Counted from the stretch's first letter, positions 53,150-62,339 are shown. The stretch is 64,000 nt of DNA from Methyloprofundus sp. (GCF_965251085.1 NZ_OZ252594.1:1545859-1609858), one strand, 5' to 3'. The notes: generated by a model not told the origin, from the sequence alone. Translations and numbers: made by a program.

Positions 53150-53313
53150 TATACTTCGCGCGGCCACGACTGCGGATTTCTAACAGCTGAGTTTTTGCCG
53201 ATAGCTGTGTTTCTGAAACAGTTGCGTAGCCGGCTATGCGCCTGTTTCAGCGCCTTGCTTTTGACAAAAATCAGCGCGTTATAAATTCCGCATCCGTAAC
53301 CGCGCGAAGTATA
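53150..53313. mobile_element. MITE family A copy (no hairpin module)
   Basis: tatacttcgcgcggccacg...cgtaaccgcgcgaagtata. Confidence 0.82.
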
Positions 53314-53355
53314 GTTTGAGCTCTGTTTTTTTGTGCAAAGTTCAAGAAATAACAG

Positions 53356-54159
53356 TTATTGTTCGTGAGCATGTTCGTCATCATCCTCAACTTCATGAGC
53401 TTCACTTAATTGAAACAGGAAATTGCCCTGATCATTTAATTGGATTGTGTAGTGTTTACCGAATGCTTCAACTTCCGGAATGGATAAAATACCGGTTATA
53501 TCGTCATATTCTGCACCTTCATGTGCGCCTTCATGTGCGTCTTCCAAGGCTTCAACCGCATGTTCAAATTCTGCTTCAGCTAATCCTTGATTAAAAACAA
53601 TCACCACAGGTTTTGCAGCATAAGAAACCGATAGTTCACTGTTGGCTGCAGATTCAAATAGTTTGAGTTCTATCCGGTAAGCACCTTGGCTGCCACTTAG
53701 AGTATTGCTGGCATCTTGTAGAGAAAAATCGATATGGGTATGTAACCCGCCGTCGGCTTCAAATTCACCAATCACGGCTAAATTGTTGGAAATGTCATGT
53801 CCATCAATACGAATAGTTTGATCCAGCGCATCCACTATATTGATGTGTTCACCATTAGGCATTGAAGTCGTCCATTCGTCACCGTCCCAGAATTGTAAGG
53901 GGGCAACAGCCTGGAATTGCAACCAATTATCTGGATTAAAGGCGCCTTTTTCAATGTTGACATCTATTCCGGGGTCATCCGTTGCAAAAGGGCCGCCGCC
54001 CAAATCGCCTAGGTCAACTTCGAATAATTGACTGTTGAGAAAAATTTCGGCACCTTGACGCCAAGGTTGCAAATCGCCTGCATGTAAATGGTCGTCTGCA
54101 GCAAAAGCAGGAAAGCTGAATGCTACCAACAAAGATGGAATGATCGCTTTTTTTAACAT
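53356..54159 (-). CDS. Secreted His-rich putative metal-binding protein
   Basis: Signal peptide (AFA|ADD), DDHLHAGD, TDDPG, GLHTHIDF; His/acidic tail AHEVEDDDEHAHEQ. Confidence 0.8.
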   Translation of the reverse strand: MLKKAIIPSLLVAFSFPAFAADDHLHAGDLQPWRQGAEIFLNSQLFEVDLGDLGGGPFATDDPGIDVNIEKGAFNPDNWLQFQAVAPLQFWDGDEWTTSMPNGEHINIVDALDQTIRIDGHDISNNLAVIGEFEADGGLHTHIDFSLQDASNTLSGSQGAYRIELKLFESAANSELSVSYAAKPVVIVFNQGLAEAEFEHAVEALEDAHEGAHEGAEYDDITGILSIPEVEAFGKHYTIQLNDQGNFLFQLSEAHEVEDDDEHAHEQ

Positions 54160-54708
54160 AGTGTTTTTTCCTTAATAATTAAGTAAATGTTCTATTTTTT
54201 TAATGGCTTCCAAACGGAAGTTAAAATCGCCAATATTTCGCAAAGTGACACGGTGATATTGGTTGTTTACTGATAACACAGGTATTTCAAGTAAACCTTT
54301 ACTGGCTTTATAATGCGTAGGAAAGGTAGGGCAACTCGCAACAAATAACCCGCCCCCATCTTGCTAGTCTTTTTGTCCGTCTTCAGTGTTGTAGAAATAG
54401 CTACGTAGCTGGCTATGTGCCTATTTCTACGCCCCCGTATCCAGTACGGGGCAGGCTTTGAAGACAAACAAAAATCCTGCGCAATATAGGTGGTTTTTTT
54501 ATTGCGTGTTACCTAGGGTAGTTCGATAGTGTTTTCTCCTTATTAATTAAGTAAATGGTCTATTTTTTTAATGGTTTCCAAACGGAAGTTAAAATCGCCA
54601 ATATTTCGCAAAGTGACACGGTAATATTGCTTGTCTACCGATAACACAGGTATTTCAAGTAAGCCGTTACTGGCTTTATAATACGCTGGAAAGGCATAGG
54701 GTAGTTCG
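54158..54708. repeat. Tandem ~183-bp duplication of the upstream gene's 3' end plus intergenic sequence
   Basis: 54158-54525 (with a MITE inside) and 54526-54708 share atagtgtttt...ggtagttcg at roughly 90% by eye. Confidence 0.8.
54330..54513. mobile_element. MITE family B copy with hairpin module, TAG duplication
   Basis: ggcaactcgcaacaaataacc / ggttttttattgcgtgttacc flanked by TAG. Confidence 0.8.
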
Positions 54709-55910
54709 GCCGGAACAGCCGATTGCAGAGTGAAAATATTATCTTCTGATTGCTGTAATATAGTCCGGTATTGCTGGCTATCGATCCGAACGTCATTTAA
54801 TATCAATTGCTTCTCGGTACTCTCAAATACGGCAACTTTTTGGATGAGTTCAGCTTGTACGGCACTGGGTATTTGACACAACCTTAAACTACATAAGCTT
54901 TTTGCTAAATGGGAATCCTGACGCGTAATCAGGCCATCATTGTCGACATCAAACATCACATTTTCGGCTTGCACAGCATCTTGATTTTGTGCAGCCAATA
55001 AAATTAAAGCCACATCGAGTCGGTCCACATCGCCATCCAAATCAACATCCCCTAGAATGGAAAGAGGAAAAACCGGATTTTCTGGCACAGAGCCGGGTTG
55101 ACCATTACCATTTGTCTGATCAATTAAGCTCAATAGCGCGTTTGAAAATTGATTGTCATCCAAACCGGCATTAAACAGTATTAAAAAGGGTTCACTGGAT
55201 ATAGGGCGGGCATTCGAGAATGCTTGAATTTCAATGAGATAAGCACCGGCTGGACCGCCTAAATCGCCCTGCTGATTTTCCAGAAAAAAACTCAAATGGG
55301 TGTGTAAAATACCTGACTCACTGGTGATGTCGATGACCATTTCTTTACTTCCTGAAACACCTTGAGCGGAAAAAAGGGTGTTACTTTCTGTACTAAAATT
55401 ATCCGCATTAAAACAAAGCAATTGTCCTGCGCAGGCATTGTAATCCGTTGATAGCCCTGCGCTGGCCTCTAAGCCACCATAAACAGCAATACGAACATCC
55501 GGCGGAGCCTGAACCCAAGTAGATATAGCGGGATCCCAATAGCGTAAATGGCCTAAAGCACGATAACTGATTAATTCATTGGGCAATAAAGCACTTTGAA
55601 TGGATTGAAAACCTGGGTTTTTGGTTTTAAATTGTCCACCTGACAAATCCTGAAAATCGGTCAGAAAAATAAATTTACCGGTGGCTGCTTCAACCGGTAA
55701 AACATTGGCTGGTAAAGAAAAATGTTCAAGCAAGCCATCTGTGTCGCAACCCACTACGCCAGGGGTTCGGCAATAGCCAGCAAATAAGGTGTCGTCTTCC
55801 CCCCAGATTTCAACATCCAGATGGATGGCTGCAGCAATAGAGGGAAAAATGAACATCACGGTAAAGCAAAAATACCGGGTGATTTTGATAATTAAAGTGT
55901 TTTTTATCAT
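54543..55910 (-). CDS. Secreted protein: paralogous HTH-motif domain, dockerin/EF-hand-like pair and two C-terminal repeats
   Basis: IHLD, TKNPGF, GILHTHLSF; LGDVDLDGDVDRLD and FDVDNDGLITRQD; start taken at MIKNT. Confidence 0.78.
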   Translation of the reverse strand: MIKNTLIIKITRYFCFTVMFIFPSIAAAIHLDVEIWGEDDTLFAGYCRTPGVVGCDTDGLLEHFSLPANVLPVEAATGKFIFLTDFQDLSGGQFKTKNPGFQSIQSALLPNELISYRALGHLRYWDPAISTWVQAPPDVRIAVYGGLEASAGLSTDYNACAGQLLCFNADNFSTESNTLFSAQGVSGSKEMVIDITSESGILHTHLSFFLENQQGDLGGPAGAYLIEIQAFSNARPISSEPFLILFNAGLDDNQFSNALLSLIDQTNGNGQPGSVPENPVFPLSILGDVDLDGDVDRLDVALILLAAQNQDAVQAENVMFDVDNDGLITRQDSHLAKSLCSLRLCQIPSAVQAELIQKVAVFESTEKQLILNDVRIDSQQYRTILQQSEDNIFTLQSAVPAELPYAFPAYYKASNGLLEIPVLSVDKQYYRVTLRNIGDFNFRLETIKKIDHLLN

Positions 55911-55935
55911 GTTTAATTTAAAATAATCATTCAGG

Positions 55936-58128
55936 TTAGTAACTGGCTCGAAAACCAAAGACAAAGCTTTGTCCCGGTTCCGGCGCATAATTTCTTAGAA
56001 AAGACACGGAATTGCGTATTTCTTCGTTCAATAAATTGTTGGCTTTGGCAAACAACCATAATTCAATTTTTTCAGTGATATCCAGGTGGTAATCAACACT
56101 GGCACTTAACAAGTTATAGCCAGACGTTTCTGATTCAAATGCGCCACTATGGTCTTGTGCTTCGCTGCGTGAATAACGTAAGTTTGCATTCCAGATGTGT
56201 TGACCGAGACCTAGTTCTGCGCCATAACGCAGAGGAGGAATGCGCGGCACATCATCCGTTTTGAAACGCGCGCGGACATAATCGGAAAACAGCGTGAGTG
56301 ATAGATTGGCGTAGGATGATTCATAAAGTGGCATACTCACTTCTGCTTCATAACCAAAAAACTCAGCATTTTGTTGATTATAGGCATATATCGGAACACA
56401 TCCTGCTTCACTGACACAGCGTTGACGAATCACTTCATTATCGATTTCGTAGAAAACCCCGGTGTTTTGTTGATAAATATAATCGTCTATCCGGTTATAA
56501 AATCCGTTTAATTTGAAAGACAGCCCATCGGATTGCCAATCCACGCCTAAATCAATGCGTTTCATGGTTTCGTTTTCTAAAGCGACATTGCCAATATCAA
56601 AGGTTCGGGTTGATAAATGGGGACCAAATGATAACAGTTCCTGAATATCCGGTGAGCGCTGTCCATAGTTGAATGACAAGTTGACATTGGCTTCTGGTAT
56701 GAAATTCCAACGTATGGAAAACGCGCCAGATACAGCGTCATAGCTTAGTTTATCGGGCAATGAAACCGGTGGCAATGCGCTGCCTCGTAAACGCAGCGTT
56801 GTGGCATTGGGATCGATGTATGTTTGTTCATAACGGACACCACCGGTGATGACCCAGTCTTTCCAAGAGTAATTTTGAGTGGTGAAGATTCCCCAGGACT
56901 GTTTTTGCGTTTCCGGCACAAAGGTTTCAATACCCAACGCAGAAAAATCCTGGTCGACCCATTGCACGCCAGTACTGCCCGTAAAACCTTCACCAAAATG
57001 ATGATCTATTTCAAATCGACCTTCACCGGTATCATTACTCACTAATGTAAACAGTGATCCACCTTCGTTTTCTGTATGCTGATAATCAACGTAAGCGTAT
57101 TGAAACCGTATGTTATCAATACCTTCCACAGGATCGTACCACTCGCCTTTAAAGTCATAACGTATGTTTTGCATGGCGATACGGATATTCGGAAACAACG
57201 CTTGTGATCCAAGAATATCCTCAAATCCTTTTATGTCATCCAGTTGCGGCAGAATGAACTCCAGTCCATCCAGATGATTAGGATCTAAGCCGTGACTGCC
57301 CTTAGGAATACCGTATTGGTTTTCGGTGTAACTGACCGACATACCGGCCATCGCTTGCTCACCTAACCAGGAAGCACCGCCAAAGCCGCCGTAACTTTTG
57401 CTATCGCTATTAGGGATAGTGCCTTCAGCATTATTGAAATCAGTTAAATCAAATTGTTGGGTAATAAAGTCGGTGTCAATCGCTAGGCCAGGAATTTGTG
57501 TATCGTTGCGATGCCGATGAAAACCACCCATGGTCAATCCTAACCAGTCTTTTTCCAGATTGACTCTAAAGGCAGAATTCGTACCTTCTCCATTGGTATC
57601 ATAGCGGCTTTCAAGCCAACCACTTAGGAGCTGATCCATGCGTTGTTCAGGAATGCGATAGTCTTTGACTTCAACAATTCCGCCAATGGCATTGCCGCCA
57701 TAACGAATGCTTTCTGATCCAAGTGAAATGCGAATGCTTTCCGCAAAAATCGGTTCTATGGCTACCGCATGATCAGGACTCAAGCTGGAAGCATCATGAC
57801 TACCCAAACCGTTTTGTAATATGCGTATACGTGATCCGGTTAAACCACGAATAACAGGAACGCCCACACCTTGGCCAAATGAAGCGTTGCTGACCCCTAA
57901 CTCCGTTTCCAATAATTTACCTAAGGTATCACTTTGTTTTAATCGTAAAGAATCCCCCTGCAATAAGTTTGTCTGAGAAGATTGCGGGTCGCTGATGGGG
58001 GCGCTAAGGATTTCCATTGCTTCCAAATCTATTGGCTGCGCAAAAGACTTTGAGACAATTCCAAACATGCCTAACAAGACCATATACCGAGTTATATTGA
58101 TTAAGTTAATAAAAAATGAAGCTTTCAT
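55936..58128 (-). CDS. TonB-dependent receptor, ZnuD-like
   Basis: Plug PVIRGL...RIRILQNG, SPDHAVAIEP and IRYGGNAIGG; C-terminal aromatic residue (RASY). Confidence 0.88.
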   Translation of the reverse strand: MKASFFINLINITRYMVLLGMFGIVSKSFAQPIDLEAMEILSAPISDPQSSQTNLLQGDSLRLKQSDTLGKLLETELGVSNASFGQGVGVPVIRGLTGSRIRILQNGLGSHDASSLSPDHAVAIEPIFAESIRISLGSESIRYGGNAIGGIVEVKDYRIPEQRMDQLLSGWLESRYDTNGEGTNSAFRVNLEKDWLGLTMGGFHRHRNDTQIPGLAIDTDFITQQFDLTDFNNAEGTIPNSDSKSYGGFGGASWLGEQAMAGMSVSYTENQYGIPKGSHGLDPNHLDGLEFILPQLDDIKGFEDILGSQALFPNIRIAMQNIRYDFKGEWYDPVEGIDNIRFQYAYVDYQHTENEGGSLFTLVSNDTGEGRFEIDHHFGEGFTGSTGVQWVDQDFSALGIETFVPETQKQSWGIFTTQNYSWKDWVITGGVRYEQTYIDPNATTLRLRGSALPPVSLPDKLSYDAVSGAFSIRWNFIPEANVNLSFNYGQRSPDIQELLSFGPHLSTRTFDIGNVALENETMKRIDLGVDWQSDGLSFKLNGFYNRIDDYIYQQNTGVFYEIDNEVIRQRCVSEAGCVPIYAYNQQNAEFFGYEAEVSMPLYESSYANLSLTLFSDYVRARFKTDDVPRIPPLRYGAELGLGQHIWNANLRYSRSEAQDHSGAFESETSGYNLLSASVDYHLDITEKIELWLFAKANNLLNEEIRNSVSFLRNYAPEPGQSFVFGFRASY

Positions 58129-58242
58129 TTTAGGGTCAGTTTGGATTCAAAATATGAACCCTGAGCGGGTAGTGATGAGCAATATTTACTCGTAACCAAG
58201 GCATGTTGTATCCTAACGTCCATTACAAATTTTCTTTCCTTG

Positions 58243-58734
58243 TTACGAAACACAATTGACACAAATCCCCTGAATTTCAATGGTTTTTATATGAGAGATA
58301 AAACTCGATTGTTGTAGTTCAGTGGTAACCGTCTTACTCATATTGCTTCCAGTCTGCTCCTCAACTTCATGACATTGGGTACAAATTAAAAGCACACATT
58401 CATAGTTGCAGTGTCCTTGGTTACAGGCAATGAATGCATTGAGACTTTCTACTTTATGAATAAAACCTTCCTTCAATAGAAAGTCCAATGCACGATAAAC
58501 GGTCGCAGGTTTTGCATTTTTAAAATCGGATTTAATGTCTTCCAACAAATCATAGGCTTTAACTGCATGATGACTTTGACACATTAATTGAAGAATTTGT
58601 TTTCGAATGGCTGTCAATCGAACTCCCTGTTTTTTACAATGATTTTCAGCGGATTGTAAAGCCGATTTGCACGCACAATCATGATCAACTACATGATCGG
58701 AAGGTGGGTTATCTGTCTTATTCATTGGAATCAT
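58243..58734 (-). CDS. zur: Fur-family zinc uptake regulator
   Basis: RLTAIRKQIL, KAYDLL, KPATVYRALDFL, HKVESLNAFIAC and two CxxC motifs. Confidence 0.85.
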   Translation of the reverse strand: MIPMNKTDNPPSDHVVDHDCACKSALQSAENHCKKQGVRLTAIRKQILQLMCQSHHAVKAYDLLEDIKSDFKNAKPATVYRALDFLLKEGFIHKVESLNAFIACNQGHCNYECVLLICTQCHEVEEQTGSNMSKTVTTELQQSSFISHIKTIEIQGICVNCVS

Positions 58735-58752
58735 ATTGTTAAATTAATGTTT

Positions 58753-58772
58753 TGTTATAACATAACATTATA
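58753..58772 (-). promoter_or_regulatory. Zur-box-like palindrome overlapping a TATAAT -10
   Basis: tgttataacataaca (consensus core TGTTATAnTATAACA); minus-strand TATAAT at 58767-58772. Confidence 0.7.
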
Positions 58773-58773
58773 A

Positions 58774-60467
58774 CCTAAATCCTGCAAGCCCATATTTTGA
58801 CTCTCATTAACCTGTCTAGCTAAGTGGTTATTAGGTTTTTACTGCCGCTTTGCCAGCCCTCTTTGTCCAACCGATCAAAATATCCAGATTTAAATCATAA
58901 ATAGAGGAAATTTTTTGTATCGTATGGATATCCCCCGAGCCCAAGGCAATAAACACCCTGCCAACGTGCCATGACCTTTTAATCAAAGTGACTTAACTTC
59001 GGTTAATGTTAAGCGAGTAACCCCACCTTAACCCAATCATCCCATTCCTGTGGATAGAGCGGACCTGCAGGTGTTCTGACTCTCAGCTGATTATTGCCTG
59101 TGAGTAATTTTCCAGCCACCCGAATCAGATAAGTACGAAGTGTATCCGGCTCCCATTGGCACAACGTTTTGTTGCCACTCAATTGAGCCATCCAGCGCAC
59201 GGTATTGTAGGCAAGAACGGCGCAATGAAATAATGCGGCATTAGCCAGAAATTGATTCGTTCTGATTTTACCTAAACCCATTTGTGATTTTGCTTCTTCA
59301 ATCCATGTTTCGCACGTCGCTCGTTCACCATACTTCTTATGTGTTTGCCAAGGCGATAGAGGTTCAGTTGTTACATAACAAAAATAGTCATATTCTGCCG
59401 TATCCCAAAGCTCGGACTGAGGTCCTGTCACTTGTTTAGGTTGCTTTATCCTGACCGCGACAAACTGACGAGAGCGAGACCAGCCACCACAACGATATTG
59501 AAACTCGCTCTGCTCCCAACCGGGTCGGCCTTGTATGGCTGTCCAGGCCTGTTTGGCCAGCAATGCGTTCAAATTCTTAAGTTTAACCTTTATTAGATAC
59601 CCATGCCCTCTGGTATCGAGAAATTCAAGCAAATCACCGACAAAATAACCACTGTCACCGCGAAAAATAATGCGCATCCGATTGGGCAAGTGTGCAAGTA
59701 ACTGTTTGGTAAATTCTACAACACCATTGCTTGTAAAGGCATTGCCTGTCCGGAACCAGGCTTGTAAAATTTCTTTTGTTTCCGCTAGAAAAGCGAGTTG
59801 TGGATGGTATGAACGGGCACCTTTCTTTTTGGGGTTGAAGCCTTTGGCACTTCCTTCTTGTCGACCACAAACGGTGTCCACAGTTGAATCGACATCGACC
59901 CACTGGACGGATTGTATGCCAGTTTTCGATTTTCCGGAACGAAGCAATCGCCGCCAGTGTTGACCACGCAAAGTATGCGTGAGCGTTTCAAACTGGCTTA
60001 TCTGCCTATCACTTACTTCTTTAAAGATCCGTAAAATTGTGGTTTCAACAGGAATCTTTATCCAGCCAGCTACTTTGCGCAGTACGCTATCTGCCCATAC
60101 GGTCGTCACCTTTGCCATTGATGTTGCTCCCCCCATCATGCCAACCAACGTCAATAGAACCACATCAGATAAGTGATGGTCTGCATTTTCACCCCGCCGA
60201 TGTGGAACGCTTTGTTTTACGGTTTTTTCAAAACCTATCCTGTCTAAATATTTCACGACGGGAATCAGTCCCGCCTGGCTTGTCAATCCATGTGCTGTAG
60301 ATGTCATTTTTACCGTTCGGGTACGGTTTCTTACGTGAGATGAGGATTTTGATACTTTAGAGGGCTTCATTAAAACAATGAGATAGTGAAATCAGGAAAA
60401 TGATATTATATCATTGTTTAATAAGGAGTTTTGTGGATTATTATGTATAATGCTTGCAGGATTTAGG
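58774..60467 (-). mobile_element. IS1380-family element, copy 4
   Basis: Same TIRs, 1694 bp, TSD tataa at 58769-58773 and 60468-60472. Confidence 0.95.
59009..60370 (-). CDS. IS1380-family transposase
   Basis: 453 aa; GPLYPQ variant. Confidence 0.92.
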   Translation of the reverse strand: MKPSKVSKSSSHVRNRTRTVKMTSTAHGLTSQAGLIPVVKYLDRIGFEKTVKQSVPHRRGENADHHLSDVVLLTLVGMMGGATSMAKVTTVWADSVLRKVAGWIKIPVETTILRIFKEVSDRQISQFETLTHTLRGQHWRRLLRSGKSKTGIQSVQWVDVDSTVDTVCGRQEGSAKGFNPKKKGARSYHPQLAFLAETKEILQAWFRTGNAFTSNGVVEFTKQLLAHLPNRMRIIFRGDSGYFVGDLLEFLDTRGHGYLIKVKLKNLNALLAKQAWTAIQGRPGWEQSEFQYRCGGWSRSRQFVAVRIKQPKQVTGPQSELWDTAEYDYFCYVTTEPLSPWQTHKKYGERATCETWIEEAKSQMGLGKIRTNQFLANAALFHCAVLAYNTVRWMAQLSGNKTLCQWEPDTLRTYLIRVAGKLLTGNNQLRVRTPAGPLYPQEWDDWVKVGLLA

Positions 60468-60497
60468 TATAATTGAAATTTAACAAATGTTGTAAAT

Positions 60498-60534
60498 GGG
60501 GTTTGAAGTCCAACGTTACGAAAAGTCCCGCTAG
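60498..60534. mobile_element. Tn3-family terminal inverted repeat
   Basis: ggggtttgaagtccaacgttacgaaaagtcccgctag fits the GGGG...ACGAAAA...TAAG 38-bp pattern with one base missing. Confidence 0.7.
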
Positions 60535-60814
60535 CTTCTAGGTCTTTTGTGCATAAATTCGATATTTTTCGCTTAACGCACTGTAAACCTTACAATACGC
60601 ACTCTACAGAGGTACTACGTTTTTACGAAGCTTAGCTCCACTTCTCCTCCGTAATTTACGGCTGCAAAAAATCGCCTTAAATTTTGATATATTATGCTTC
60701 TAAATGAATTTTTCTAGCTAGGCTGAGAAATCATGCTGTTTTCAGAGTCAGCAAAGGAATAAAATGCTGAAAAATTGATATGAAACCAAGCTACAGGCGA
60801 TATTCGCTTTAACC

Positions 60815-61825
60815 CTCTAGATTTGCCGAACGCCCTTCGTGCCATTGAATTCTTTTAGTTCTGAGAGAATTTGAGCGTTATAGTGAATAACACAATTTGC
60901 AATCAAACGCGCGCACTCATTCCAGAGTGTTAACTCTGCATGATGACTACCCCTGAATTTCTTACCGTAAGTTTCAGCTAATACACGCCTTAACTGGTGT
61001 AATGATTAGCCTCGATTGAGAGCGCGTTGAACATGCCAATGAAGTGTTTCACTATCAATATAATCCAGTATGTATAGCGCTTTTATTGCTCTGTCATATT
61101 CCGCCAAAGCCTTAAGGCTAGAGGTATTCATGATGGGTTCTAATATGCACGGTGTTCGATTTATACCGGCACAACTTCTTGATTAATACACTTTGACTGG
61201 TTTTGTGCTGCCCTAGTGAAATCATCAATCGACAAATATCCTCCCATTCCCTTGTAATTAGCTCCCAATCAATCGGAATCCTCAAAGAGATCAGCTACTC
61301 GACATCTTTAGATTTCTCGACCTGAAACATTTTCTCAAAATGATCTTTGAAGGTTTTGTATAGTGGCGCAAATTGATAACTAAAAAGTGGAGTATGGCAA
61401 AATTATATCTATTTGCCCCATGGGTATCTCTCGACAAAATATCAGGTTTAACTTCAGAAGTGTTGTTATAGAGTAAATCAAAAATGTGATGTCTTTCGTG
61501 GCCATCTGCACTAATGGTTTTGCTATTTTCCGGTATGTGGATGAGCACTAATGTCACAGCTGATACTTCTTTTTCTTGGCCGAAGTATTTTGGCTAATAC
61601 CTCGCAATTAATGAACTAAAACGACATTCAAACTTCTGCCCATTAATACTACCGTGCTAACCGCGCTCATCTATTTGGTAGTACTCGAATATTGGTAAAA
61701 AGGCTGTCTTGTTTGAAATTAAGTCGTTTGTAGCTCTCAAAATCTCTAGGCGCAAGTAACTAGCCAGTGTGGCTCGTAAATCATTGAATGAACGATCAGA
61801 AATGTTAGTTATTTGTATAAACCGA
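60815..61825 (-). pseudogene. Tn3-family transposase, degraded 3' part
   Basis: FDLLYNNTSEVKPDILSRDTHG; hand translation VQRALNRG..LHQLRR...WNECARLIANCVIHYN; many stops. Confidence 0.8.
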
Positions 61826-61831
61826 AATTAG

Positions 61832-62339
61832 TGTTGATTGTCTATATGGCGCTTTAGGTATACTCGCCAGCTCGCAGGGAACCATGAATAATCTCACCTT
61901 TGGCAATCAGGAATATCAGTATTGTTAAACGATTTTTGGAGGCACAGGAGCAGGCGAGAATTTTGATGGTTGTGATGCCGTGCATACACATATGATCAAT
62001 TCGATAATCACTGATCCTGAAGTGTTAGAGTGACGTTTTCCGGTAGTCCTGGAAGAATTTTCAATTCGCGCAAATAGTAGTGGGCCAGGTAGATATAAAG
62101 GAGGGAATGGCGTTATCCGAAAAATTAGCTTTTTAAAGCCGATAACTGTTAGCCTGTTATCCAGTCACCGTATAAAACCAGGCTTTGGATTTGCGGGAGT
62201 ACAGGGGAAAACACTGTACTTCGATTCGAGAGGGAGATAGTGGAATTAGCAGGTTGTGCGGAAGTTAACATGCAGCCAGGCGATAGTTTGATTGTTAAAA
62301 CACCCGGTGGTGGAGGGTATGGAAAACAAACATAATAAT
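61832..62339 (+). pseudogene. Degenerate duplicate of the 5-oxoprolinase 3' end (48963..49483)
   Basis: Roughly 90% identical by eye; in-frame stops and a ~12-bp deletion; both copies end at aaacataataat. Confidence 0.9.

Noticed and set aside
4473-54467. ORFs 4473, 8254, 11179, 11193, 17720, 37170 and 54267
   Set aside because: They lie over MITE or REP palindromes and show no protein motifs
49484-60497. Zn cluster as Tn3 cargo
   Set aside because: The single Tn3 IR at 60498 opens rightwards, away from the cluster, and no partner IR is seen near 49.5 kb
60540-60810. Possible additional MITE between the Tn3 IR and tnpA
   Set aside because: Only weak inverted similarity and no second copy in the window; may be Tn3 internal sequence
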